Source: Cetorhinus maximus
Lineage: Eukaryota
DNA: 64,000 nucleotides
Assembly (NCBI RefSeq): GCF_964194155.1
Contig: NC_135903.1
Span: 30,194,001-30,258,000 of the forward strand
Direction of reading: 5' to 3'
The translations under genes were made by a program, and so were the position numbers. This document shows, piece by piece, positions 11,238 to 23,334 of the stretch. Positions within the stretch are counted from its first letter, which is position 1; the number at the start of each line of letters is the position of its first letter. The notes below the pieces were generated by a model. It searched no databases, was not told where the DNA came from, and saw nothing but the letters and a program-made list of their open reading frames with translations.

Positions 11238-12569
11238 GTAAGCATCAAGTTATGTAAGAAAACATGAAATAGGAAAAATAAAACATTTCACACTTTGAGG
11301 CTGATTCTACAAATCGTCATGCATATTCTACACTTTCTCCAAATTATTTAATCTCTGAGGGAAGTGAATAACTAGAGGTAAAACTTCCAAAAAGTGGAAA
11401 TTATAATTTCTCTATGGCCAGAAAGATACAGGTTATTTGCCGCTCCCTAGTTTCAGTTTACAGGTGACTTTCCCAGGGCCCCAGGAGCACTAGCATCATG
11501 CAGCATTTGATCACTCTTTAGTCATCTTATTATGTGACATTTAGGAAATATTGTTTTTAAGGGAGTGGATCAACACTGTTAATGCTTTTTTGTGGCAGTC
11601 AATTCCACATGTCTACAAAAAAAGATCTACCTTACCTTGAGTCACCCTTGGAGCTTATTAGTTTTGTACCCATGACCTTTAGTCAAAATTTAAATTCAAC
11701 AATGCGGTGATGTAATGGCTCAAGGGAGAAGGGAGATTGACACACCTGATGGAAAGCTATATGATGGCCTTGTCCACTGATTGTTAAATTGTGCTGAGTT
11801 TGAATTGAGTTCTCATTAGTCCTTTGTGTCTGCAATTCAAGAAGGTGAACTGGGAATTTAGTCTTTAAAACTGAGAGATTTTTATAAGCTGGATATCTTT
11901 AGCATCTGATTAAGAATCACTGGGGTTTTGGTTGAATTCTTGATAGATATATATTTTGATGAAAATGAAAAGCAACCAGAGCTAAATTAAAGCTGTAGAT
12001 CAAGCTGAAAGGTCGCTTCTCATTATAGACAGATTTGGGGTTTTTTTTGTCTTACTGAGAGATGCTTTTTCTCGTTCCTAAGCCCACCCAGGAGTTTTAA
12101 GAGTTAGTCTGTCACCATCTTGCTGTCATCCTGAGATACAGCGATGTAACGAAAGGTAGACTCCCTATCCCTTCATGCTATAATAAATGGAATTTTTTTT
12201 TGCATTGTGTTTTGTTTTTTTATAGCAGTGTACCCTTTTCTAAAAGCTTTCTTTGGGAGCTTGATAGAAATTCTCCTATTGCTCATTTTTGAATTATTTT
12301 AGCTCTCCTGAGGTTCCCATGCACAACTTCTCAGCCAAGGGGCCAGGGAGGTAATTGGCTCCCCTGATTCTTTCTGTCTGGAGGAGAATTTTGCCTTCAG
12401 TGCCTGGGCTTTCTGCCTGTAGATCACCCAAACTACCGAGAACCTGTCTTATTTTTATTCCATTGATCTCAGTAGAATAACCGATTACTAGTTAATTATA
12501 TTGTTAAGATACACACGTGAAGGGGCTTGTTTAATTACGTATCTAGAGAACTTATAAAGAGAAACTGCC

Positions 12570-13330
12570 TTTTTGCCTGGCATGACGGGTTTCCTATACA
12601 GACTGCTGCTGCACACCCTTCATGTCCTCGTCCTTGCCAACTGTCCAGACATGCTGTGGTGTTCCATCCTTCCATCCAACAATGGCAGGGATCCCCAGTG
12701 GCGTGCTCTCTGCATGGGAGTCCTACCCATTTCCATCGTGGATCTGGTGTGGATGGCATTGCATGCAGCAATCCCGTACAACCATAGGTTACGATGGTTC
12801 AAGGGCTCCCAGGCCGCCTGTGTTTTCTGTGGCCTTGAGGAGGCCATGTTCCACGCTCACACTGAGTGCACAAGGTTTCAGCCCCTCTTTAGTCTTTTGA
12901 AGGGGCTGCTCCTCAAGTTCTGGTTGCGCTTCAGCCCGATGTTCCTGATCTTTGGCTGCCCGGTGTGAAGGGGGTGGGGGTGGCGGTGGACAGGGAGGAG
13001 GATAGGAGGATGTCATTGTAAGCCTGCTTCTGGGCTTGGCCAAGTTGGCCATAAATAGGTCCAGACAGTGATTGGTTGAGGGGGTCACCCGGCCCAACTG
13101 TTTGCCTCTCTCCCGCGGCTATGTTCGCGGTCGGGTGTCTTTGGACAGGGAACACGCGGTGTCCACTGGCATGCTTGAGGCCTTCTGCAGCCGATGGACA
13201 CCCTGGGCCTGGAGTGCCTCATTACCTCGCAAAACAACATTTTGCTTTAGTTTGTTAAGTTTCTGTTAAATCCTTGTCCTTTTTTTTTAGCCTTTAAGGG
13301 GCTTTCAATTTGGCTAATTCAGTTAATTTG
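12570..13330 (+). mobile_element. Tx1/L1-clade LINE 3' fragment (C-terminal zinc-finger region)
   Basis: DLVWMALHAAIPYN..CVFCGLEEAMFHAHTECTRFQPLF..LLGLAKLAI, followed by a T-rich 3' UTR. Confidence 0.8.
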
Positions 13331-13791
13331 ATTCAATAGTCTGGTTAATTTCACAGGTGCTCAAAAGGGTATAAACAGAGACTGTTGGGGCACGGGGGTA
13401 GCAAGCAGGATACAGACATGTATAATGCTGCATTCTGTAAATAAGCCTATTATCGAGGAGAAGTATTAATGTCCAGGTTCATACTTCACCAACTGGCTTG
13501 GGATTGAGTTAACAGTGAGATCTATAATGGGTGTGTGAGCTGCTCGGTTAGATTATTGCCCTTCTGAGTCTGAGCTGGCTGCTAATGGATTTTTGCCCTG
13601 ATAGAGGAGCGGGAACAGAGATGGATGGGCACATAATTTAGCAGCGCTGAATAGCATGCCTGTTTTCCAGCACCCTCCTGCCTCAATCCATTTTTCCAGA
13701 GGCCATATCGATGGCGGAACAGCTGCCCACTTGCAAATGGCGGGTAGCTTGTTGAGGTAATTCAAAGACTAATGAAGGTCAATGATCAGAG

Positions 13792-14267
13792 GCTGACTGG
13801 AATTTTCCAGCTGTCCAGAGGCAGCATTCCCAGCAGTAGACCGGGGGGGGGGGAACCATGCTGCAGGAACCCACCCCCAACCCACCCACCACTGCCTACC
13901 TGACCACAGTTCTGGCTGCAGGCAGCCCTCTGGAGGGGTTCCTGCTCTGCAGTGGTGGTCAGCAACTGTGGCTATTTTTTATTTCAAATTTTTTAACCCT
14001 GTTGAGGGGGAGCCTCAAGATGGAGGTGCCTTCTCTCTCCCTTACCTACAATGGTAGGTTGCAGTTCCTTCATTTTCTCCTTTTGGCCTTCCAGCTTCAA
14101 GAGCCCACCCGCCATCCTTACTTGGATAGCGAGTGCAGCTTCCGGCCGCCATTTGGCCAATACAGACAAAAGTCATGTCAAGTAACTGCTCCTGACACAA
14201 TGCAGGGTCAGGGACCAGCCTTTGATCCTGATGTTGGGATCGCGACCCAAAGCACAAATTCTCGCCC
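13792..14267. mobile_element. Harbinger-type MITE, degenerate
   Basis: GG..GGAATTTTCC start and AAATTCTCGCCC end, matching Harbinger termini elsewhere in the window. Confidence 0.5.
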
Positions 14268-14609
14268 AATGTATCTGAAAAGAGGACACGGGCTGATTCA
14301 CTCGCCAACTCTTTACGCCTTCCTGTAGCAGGCATCTCATCTCTTTTCTTTGCTTCTAATGACATGGGATTGGGAACTTACTCTATGGAGCATACAAACC
14401 AATGGCCTACGTGTGGCTCACCAAGTGTAAACACGTCAAAGAACTGTTGCCACAATGCCATCTGGACAAAGAGGGTGTTTAAAATATTTTTTTCAAAATG
14501 AAGGGAGGATTGAGATTTGAACATTCAATTAGAATTTGCAGTATATAAGAAAGTATTATGGTGAGTAGCTTCTGAAGTTATGTCAAGAATTATAGCTGCA
14601 GCAACTCTC

Positions 14610-14905
14610 ATATCTGCAATCTCCACCACCCAGAAAGACAAGAGCAATGGATGCATGGGAACACTATCACCTTCAAGTTCCCCTCCATGCATCATCCTGA
14701 CAGGGACATATATTACAAATCCTTCACAGTCATTGGATTAAAATCCTGGAACTCCCTGCCTAAGAGCATAGTGCAAGTATCATCAGCCCATGGCTGCAGA
14801 GATTCAAGAAGGCAGCTCACTCCCAACTTCTCAAAAACAACAAGAAACAGGTTTAAACGTTGGCCCTACTAGCAATGTCCATAACCCCAGAATGAATTAA
14901 ATAAT
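14610..14905 (+). mobile_element. HER1-type LINE 3' fragment, old
   Basis: Similar to 32860-33155 (GCATGGGAACAC..AAGTTCCCCTCC..AAAATCCTGGAACTCCCT..AAGAAGGCAGCTCAC). Confidence 0.75.
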
Positions 14906-15321
14906 AACAGATTCTCTTAAGGAAGGTAGACTACAATTTATAAAATCTTCAAGAAGAGAGTTCTATGAACCTAGTCCTAAAGATTAACAACTGTAAGATG
15001 AGGGATATCAGTTAAATATTGCAGTCTATATTATTTGGTCCTGACCAGTTGTTACTGCTTGCTTCCATGAAAATATCTGAGTTTGGTAGATCATGAGTAT
15101 ATTTTCCATAGAATATAATATCATTACTCTTTAAAAGTACAAGATTCAAAATGTACAATCTTAACACGAGGCACGTTTGCAACAAGATATAGGATATATG
15201 ATGTCTGTACAAATACACGTGCAATATTCAGTCAAGGCTTCTATAAGCCCTTAGAGCTTACAGGCCTTACCAGAGGTTTACCTGATTGAGTTTTTAAAGA
15301 ATATAAAAGCACTTCCTGGGA

Positions 15322-15400
15322 GCTGAAATTAAGCAGAAAATGCTGGAAAACATTCACTGGGTTATCCAGCACCTGTGGAGAGAGAAACAGAATTAATGTG
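15322..15400 (-). mobile_element. Degenerate Penelope family A pLTR tail fragment
   Basis: CAGAAAATGCTGGAAAA..CAGCACCTGTGGAGAGAGAAACAGAATTAA is the reverse complement of the tail at 34782-34850. Confidence 0.6.
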
Positions 15401-15797
15401 CAGTAATTAATGGAGGTGATGAGGGTCTCGTCCACCAGCTGGAGAGCCAGCAAGAGCCCCACATCGCCTCTTTTCAGGAAGGCCGCCTCATTAAATGCAC
15501 TCAGGCACTTAACTGGACAGTGGCGGGCCTCCCCTGAGATCAAAAATCCCAGGGGCGAAAGTTCCACCTGCCAAGGGCTTCCGGTCAATCAGAGGCCGAC
15601 AGCTCCATTGAATATTAGCGCCAATGGGGAGCTGGTGGCTGCTGCTGGTAGGACACCCACGTGAGGCTAAGGATCGCCATGGGCCCAGATCACAGATGAC
15701 TGATGATGGGAGGAGGGGCAGTTGGCAGCAAGGGCAGGGGGCGGCTCTTAGCAAACTCCTCCTTTCCATTGCCGGGCCCCTCAACCAAGCACCGAGG

Positions 15798-16801
15798 GGG
15801 CAGAATTTAATGCTCTCGCCTGTGACAAGTTTGGTGATGGGGCCATTTAATCAGATGGGAGGGCGGTGAGTGGGAACCCCACCACCTTCCTGCCTCCATC
15901 CTGATTAAGTCTATGGCAGGGCCATGGATGGCCTCCTTGTCCCGTCGCCAATTGAGGCGTTTAAATGGACAATTAGAGCCCACTTAATAGGCTCATCCTG
16001 CCACCACTTAAAAACCCAGTGGCGGGTGGTTGGCTGGCCATGCGGGGAGCACATCGGGCAAAGCCTGTCTGGGTTGCTTGCAGCATCCCGAGGGAGGGGC
16101 GGGGGGCCGGGGGGTTGGGAGGGGTTGGGGGGCAGCCCTCATCCAAAGGCACTAAACTTCCTGATCGAAGGACCCAGAATTGGGAAGGCCTACTGAAAGC
16201 CACCCCCTGCCCCCTCCCCCATGACTCCCACCCCACAATCCCCATTCCGTCATCACTCAACTCTGTCCTGGGACCCAGCGAAGATACTAAGCCTTTGGTG
16301 GATGATGTATCAGCAGCAGCCACCACCTCCCCAGTCCTGCTCTCATTAAATCGAGTTACTGGACCCTGATTGGCTGGAAGTTCTCAGAGGGCTTGACTTC
16401 CACCCCCATGGTCCATGTTCCCAGGGAAGGCCCACTGCTGTCCATTTAAGTGCCCAAGTGGCACTTAATACAGCAGGCCTTCCCTATAAGAGGTGGTGCA
16501 GGCCTCACACTGGCTCTCCTGCATGGGTTACATTGTCATGCTCCCTGCATGGCGAGTCTCCAACCCACCACTGGATTGATACCAGAGGCAGTGGGATGAG
16601 GTCCTTAAGTTGGCATGAAAATTGCCTACATAAGGGCCTTAATTGGCAGAAGGGCAGAAAGGCTGTTCATGGGCCTTCCCACCATGGCCTTAATCAGGGT
16701 GGAAGCAGGAGGGCAGCAAGGTCCCCACCCGCCATGTTCCCATGCAATTAAATACCCCCTGCCACCAAACCCGTCCAGGGGGAGGGCATTAAATTCTGGC
16801 C
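15798..16801. mobile_element. Harbinger-type MITE with long imperfect TIRs; a related fragment lies at 15405-15797
   Basis: GGGCAGAATTTAATGCTCTC ... GAGGGCATTAAATTCTGGCC (18/20 inverted match), with further subterminal inverted similarity. Confidence 0.8.
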
Positions 16802-17954
16802 AACGTTTCAGGCTGCTAGTTTTTTCACGGGTATTGTTCAGATTGGAAAAAGTTGGAAGGCGTTTATCTCAAGGTTCAGTATTGGTCTACTTTTGCTCTT
16901 AACAGACATAGGCCTAGGCATAGGAAGGACACTACTAAAATGTTTTAACAACATGAAAGACGCGGGTTTGGCCAACAGAAGGAGAAAATATGAAAGACTT
17001 GAGGATACATAGACTGGTAAGGACAGGTAGTTTAATGTGATGAAGTGCAAGGTAGAGCACTTTTGGAGATTGAATTGTTATCATGCATTTACTTATGCCA
17101 TAATAACATTAACTTACTAGTCTCATTGTAGAAGAATTTTAAATAGCTCCAAATGCTACTGTGTCACTGTTTTTCCATAGGTAAATTTACAATCAGGTGG
17201 ACAGTTAACTAGGTGGATGGGACTTCACACCCTCAGGATTCCGATAACATGAACAACTCCCTCAAATGTCACATTTGCAATTTATGAAACTCTTGTTACC
17301 ACATCATGATTCCTTCTCATCTATTAATTCATGAATTCATAAAGTTCCTCCTCTAAATAACTTTCTGTACTGGTTTTGCCATTCTTCATTCAATTTTCAA
17401 ATCAGACCTTGGAGGTGAACCTTCACATATCACCTCAATGTGAGAAGGGCATCCAGGTCTTTGAGAAAGTAAAGAGGAGAATAATCAAACTAACAGCATC
17501 ATAACATAAGAAATATGAGCTGGAGTAAGCCATACAGTAAGAGAGATCAACAATATGATCTCATGGGGAGATGAAATAGTTGGTGATCTGGATGAAGGAA
17601 ATCAAATGGGATAAAGTGCTTTCTTCATTCAATCTACCTTGTGATCTTGAGTTGTGCTTAGTTAGAGGTTCAAGGATCTAATAACTGGTTTGTTCTGATA
17701 CTCAACTGTGATTGTGCTGTTATGTGACTGGATATCTTAATTCTCTGCAGCCAGACACAAAATTGTGCTGTTGCTGTGGTTGCTGGGCAGATTTTACTTC
17801 TGCAATAAATGTCCATAATGTGAAATTTATTTCTAATACCCGATTTTAATACAAAAATGCTTTGTGTGACACAATAGGTTAGTGCAATATTCTTTCACCT
17901 CTGGCACTTATATTCAAATAATCAGAAATTATAAGATAAAAGCTTTTAAGTATT

Positions 17955-18180
17955 TTTCTGCTCATTCTTGCAATGTGATCGATGCTGGCAAGGCCAGCAT
18001 TTATTGTCTATTTCTAATTGCCTTTGATCAAGTGATGGTGAGCCACCTATAACTGAGTGGCTTGCCAGGCTATATTATTTCTGGGGCAGTTAAAAGTCAA
18101 TCACATTAGTGTGGGTCTGGAGTCACAAGGCCAGACTGGGTTCGGACATTAAATTTCTTCCCCTGGTGGACATTAGGGAA
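17955..18180 (-). mobile_element. HE1-type SINE fragment
   Basis: Reverse complement of the HE1 body and tail (GGCCAGCATTTATTG..CTAATTGCC..GTGGGTCTGGAGTCAC..GGACATTAG). Confidence 0.75.
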
Positions 18181-20009
18181 GTGTTGGGAGAATGTGGTGG
18201 GGAATTCCCTCCCATCACTGGTTTGATCTTTCTGATCTGGGTGTGTAAAATGCCGGCATTCAGAGCTATAAGTGGAAAATGTCAATTTGCCAGCAATTGC
18301 ATTTGAACATTTTGAATATCACTTTACAACTTGGCACTCAAAGCAATAGTGGTACAACATTTTCATTCATGGCCCATTGTGTGTGATCTAATTTGATTTA
18401 TGTTTCAATTTTTTTTGTTTTCTTGCCTGTAACACATTTCTGTCAAAGTAGCTCATAACTTTAATGTGCTAACCTGCATTAATGTAATGAACTAATGACA
18501 TGGAACTATGGTGCATCAGCAGAATAAATGTCTCCTATTGGGAAATGTACAGACATTGATGCATATCTGCATTTAACTCCCTTCCATGCATGTAGTGTCT
18601 GTTAAGTTATAGCTTTCCTTTTTGGACTTTAATAGGCCTTGATGTGAAATATATAAGAAATAGATTCATCCCCACTTCCTAAGGAGCACTTTGGAAGTTA
18701 CCGGCTTAATTGTTAAGCTTTAGATCCACAAGAATCATATTAATTTGTAGATTTCCTGAGGTGAACAGCTACCCTATCATTTTACGAAATCCCAATATCC
18801 TGGCTTCATCTCTAACTGAAGAACCAAAGCATTTTTGTTTTGACTTGACATGAAGTAATGAGAAAAATGTGGTCAATTTTCCGTAAAATGTGATTTTCCA
18901 GGTGTGTACCATTGAGCAGACATATTGAGATGATGAGAAAGGAGTGAAATACAATACGAGTAAAAAGCTGAAAATCCCCAAAATGAGCTATTTTATGTTT
19001 CTCCACAATTGTTTGAATGTGGCTGAACATGGATTATCTTGTTTCTAGGGTGTTGGATTATTTTAAAAATGACAACATAAGCATTTGCAACTAAGATATT
19101 TTCTTAGTTTTCTTTCATTTTTGAATCTGAAAACAAACCAATGGGGAAGCAGAATGTATGTTCAAACTCTACTGAGTTGGCAAGAGGTCTTTAGATAGTT
19201 GGGATTCTACACAAAGCCCTGGAATCATAGTGAGAGGACAGACTAATTGAAAGAGATACAGATTGCAGATACCGGTTTTGAATTTACAAATAGTGTACTC
19301 ATATTTGGGAGCTTCAAATTCAACTTGTCAAGAAATGTAAATTTTTTGCACTAACAACGACTTTAATCTAAGGATGTGGGGTCTCCCCACCATCCCCAAC
19401 AATGTAGGTTTAATCTGATGGACTCGAAGTAACACAGGCAACGTTCATATTCTCTGTCCTTTCAATTTTCAGCTTTCCAATCCTTATATAAGTTAATGAT
19501 AACGCATTTAAACTCCACCCTTCAGAGGTCACATTGAGCTGATGTCAGAGTGTGCCATACTCCGGTACTTTCCCAGCATTTAAATGCTCAATGTTCTACA
19601 TCAGTTCATGCAAGAAATTTCAGTATCAACCAAGGAATTGTGGATCTGACTGACAGACAGAACAGGTAAAGATCCTTACCCATTACTACAGATACTGCTC
19701 TATATTACTTCAGATGCCGACCTCCTTCACCTCTTATGGAACCTTTCAGTACTTCATTGCTCACATAATCTGAATAGTTCCCTCCTGTGTGGAGCACATA
19801 TCATGATGGGCCTCTACAACAAAAGAAAATATACTCAAGTTTCAGATATAACCTACATGCTAGGTTTTTTTTTAAAAAGCACTTAGTTGGAGGGGAGTTC
19901 TTACATTAAAAGTGCTCATTGATGTTTACTTTTTTGCCTTTTCTTTCCACTATCCACTTTTTAAAATAGATTATTTATGTTTTAACAGTGACTACAAAGC
20001 TACAGTTAC

Positions 20010-21110
20010 ATAGGAACACAGGAAATAGGAGCAGGAGTAGACGATATGGCCCTTCGAGCGTGCTCAGTCATTCAACGCAATCATGGTTAATTTTCTGCCT
20101 CAACTCCATATTTTCCATCCACCCCCTTGATTCCCTGAGAGGTCAAAAATCTATCCCAGCCTTGGATGTATTCAATGATGGAGCATCCACAACCTTCCGG
20201 GGTTAGAAAATCCCAAAGGCTCACAACCCTCTGAGTGAAGAAATGTCTCCCCACCTCAGTCCTAAACACTCAACCTTTATCCAGAGGCTGTGCCCCAATG
20301 TTTTAGATTCCCCAACCAGGGCAATCAGCCTCTCGGTGTCTACCCTGTCAAGCCCCTTCAGAACCTTTGCGTGTTCCAATGAGATCACTTCCTGTTATTC
20401 TAAACTCCAGAGAGCATAGGGCCAATTTACTCAGTCTCTCACCATAGGACAACCCTCTCACCACAGGAACCAATCTAGTGAGCCTTCACTGTACCACCTC
20501 CAAAGCATATATAAGCTTCCTATGGAAATCAGAACAGCGTACAGTACTCTAGGTGCTGCCTCATCAAAGTCCTATATAATTATAGCAAGACTTCCTTACT
20601 CTTGTATTCCAGCCCCGTTGCAATAAAGGTCAACATGCTATTTACCTTCCCAATGCTAACTTTCTGCGACCCTTGTACAAATACACCCAAATCTCTCTGA
20701 ACATCAATATTTAAAAGTTCCATGCCTCTTAAAAAATATTCTGTATTTCTATTCTTATTATCAAAGTAAATAACCTCACACTTCCCCATATACATTATCT
20801 GTTACTTTTTGCCTGCTCACTTAACCTGTCTATATCTCTTTGCAGCCTTTTTATGTCCTCCTCACAGCTTACATTCCCACCTGGCTTTGAATCATCAGCA
20901 AACCTGGACACATTGCGCTTGGCCTCTTTGTCTAAGTCATTAATAGAAATTGTAAATAGTTGGGACTCAGCACTGATCCTTGTGGCACTCTACTCATTGC
21001 CGCCCGCCAATATGAAAATGCCCGTTTATCCCTGCTCATAACTTCCTGTTCATTAACCAGTCACCATCCATGCTAATATATCACCCCAACCTATGAGCCT
21101 CTATTTTGCA
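20010..21110 (-). mobile_element. CR1 LINE 3' ~1.1 kb, decayed
   Basis: KCEVIYF..DVQRDLGVFV, FRTEVGRHFFTQRVVSLW and FADD-region remnants; tail ACATAGGAACACAGGAAATAGGAGCAGG. Confidence 0.9.
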
Positions 21111-21463
21111 CTGTACTTGGAACTGTGTTGAAACATGAATTGATAGAACAAGGGAACCAAATTAACAATGTTCCAGATACTGCTAATAAGTTATAGCACC
21201 AAGTGTGTATATCAGTGAAACTCTTTCATAATGTCAGACTCAGAAATTACTCCCAGCAATCTTGTTGATATTAACCCAAGTTCTCACTGCTTAAATCTAC
21301 AAAAATGCGGGAATAAGCCAATAAAAATATTAAAGTTAAGCGTAGTAATTTGTAACTGATTCCTGTGGACTAGTTCTCATGTTTGCTGTTTATCTTCTTA
21401 AAATGTCAATGGTTGGACTGTCAAATCTAAAAATTAGTTCCTTGGGATATATGCTTAAATAGT

Positions 21464-22330
21464 GGGCGGAATTTTCTGTGCCCACTGGCATCGGGCACGT
21501 TCGGTGGCATGAGTGGACAATATGGCGAGAAAGTCAAAAATCGGTTTCACAGCGTCGTGGAACCAGTTTGCGATCGTTCACTCAGCCCGTTGATGGCGAG
21601 TCCACGTTCCCTGTCATCGGATGTCGGGAACCTCGTTGTAATACATCAGCGTATCATTATAAGGGCCAGCCCGCCAGACTCATCCTCCCCCCACCCCTGG
21701 TGGATCGCCTGCCCACATTGGCAGGAAAACACGCCGGTGCAAACACGTCTTGACAACTGTGACGTACAGAAGTCAGGACTTACCGCCAGGGCCTTGCTCA
21801 CATCGCAGACATCCGTGGAGCAGAAGGTGATGGAGCCCAACACCAACAGAATCCTGGANNNNNNNNNNNNNNNNNNNNNNNNNNNNNNNNNNNNNNNNNN
21901 NNNNNNNNNNNNNNNNNNNNNNNNNNNNNNNNNNNNNNNNNNNNNNNNNNNNNNNNNNNNNNNNNNNNNNNNNNNNNNNNNNNNNNNNNNNNNNNNNNNN
22001 NNNNNNNNNNNNNNNNNNNNNNNNNNNNNNNNNNNNNNNNNNNNNNNNNNNNNNNNNNTTGAAGTGTGAGACCCCTGTGGATGTGTGATGGGTTTGTGAG
22101 TGTGTGAGTTGAAAGTGATGAAAAGAGTAAGTTACGTTGGCAGAACAGATGAGACCATTCATCCTGTAGCGGCACTGGGTGGCTGCCCTCTTTTGCACAG
22201 CATTGGCACTGACCACTGCTGCCACCGCCTTCCATGCTGGATTGGTGATGCACAGGTGCCAGCAGTGCTCCATTCTTCATGTTCAGGTTATGATGGTAGT
22301 GCTGAGCTTCTTGTTCCCTTGCCCCAGGAA
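21464..22330. mobile_element. Harbinger fragments flanking the assembly gap
   Basis: TIR GGGCGGAATTTT at 21464. The right side encodes a minus-strand Myb/SANT piece AWKAVAAVVSANAVQKRAATQCRYRMN, similar to the 47677 ORF. Confidence 0.75.
21859..22058. other. Assembly gap (200 N)
   Basis: Run of N. Confidence 1.
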
Positions 22331-22729
22331 AGCGGCTGTTATTGGGTTTCAAGGATGGAGACACGGTTCACGGTTTCTGCCCTTTTATGTTTCCCAGGAT
22401 TTCTAGTGTAGCACAGATGGGCTTGTGCTTACCATGGATGAAGGACGACATTCATGAGATAAAAGGACATGTTCTTGAGCTCCTGCCTCACTGGTTATGA
22501 CAGCTCATTGGCTATCCTAGGGCAGGGAAGACTGAAAGGTGCAATGCTATAATCTGTCTGGAGAGTTAGCAAGGGCCCTGGGAGCAGGCCAAAAACTTAA
22601 AGGAGTGCCTCTTTTACCGCTTTTCCTCCACCCCAAATCCAGATGTTTATATTTAATCATCACCTTCCATCTGCTGATACCCATCAACGGTCAAAAGGTC
22701 CTGACCTCTCAATCCTGACACACCACCTC

Positions 22730-22965
22730 AGCAAGCCTCCTCGTTCTTGTTCAAAAAGTGTCATTGGATCTTGCGCATCTATTTGATCAGGGAAACAGGG
22801 TCACCACTCAATATCCAGGCCAAAAAATAAATGGCACTTCTGATAGTGCAGCACTCCTGCAGGGTTGCACTGAAATATCAGCCGAAGTGTAAAACACACC
22901 ATGGGGCTTAGACCTACAACTTTCTGCCTCAAAGGTAACTGTGCGAACATTGAGCCTAACAGTCC
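22730..22965 (-). mobile_element. Deu-domain SINE 5' part, old
   Basis: GGCACTTCTGATAGTGCAGCACTCC..TGCACTGAAATATCAGCC..ACCTACAACTTTCTGCCTCA, similar to 8520-8727. Confidence 0.6.
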
Positions 22966-23334
22966 TCAAAGGCTTATACGAGTTTAAAGCTTTCTATGAG
23001 AAAACAGTAATTAATATATTGCAAGATCTTTGCCATGATTAGAATTTTTTTTTTTAGCGACAAGTAGTGGAAACTTTACCCGTGGCTCATGTTTTAATCA
23101 ACTTTGTATTCCACAGAAACATTGGCCTGAATTTTCCGGTTGGTGAAGCGGGAGCGGGTACAAACCCGATCACTGCCTGCGATCAGGTCCGCGCTGCCAT
23201 TTCACGTATTCCTCGACTCCCAAGGTTAGCGGGAGTGGGCGAGTGGCGGAGGGCGTGCACAGGCCGTTGGGTCCAATGGCGACCCGGAAGCCTGTTTAAA
23301 TGAAGGCCTGGCAGTCTTTTCTAGGCTGCTCACA

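Noticed and set aside
11636-11745. Possible minus-strand exon with a GTAAGG donor
   Set aside because: Stop codons in all three frames.
12502-13514. Solo LTR (TGTTAA...TTAACA) hosting the Tx1 fragment
   Set aside because: The termini are suggestive, but there is no TSD (TATAT vs GTGAG) and no second copy to confirm it.
21509-22364. Long ORFs crossing 21859-22058
   Set aside because: Artefacts of translating through Ns.
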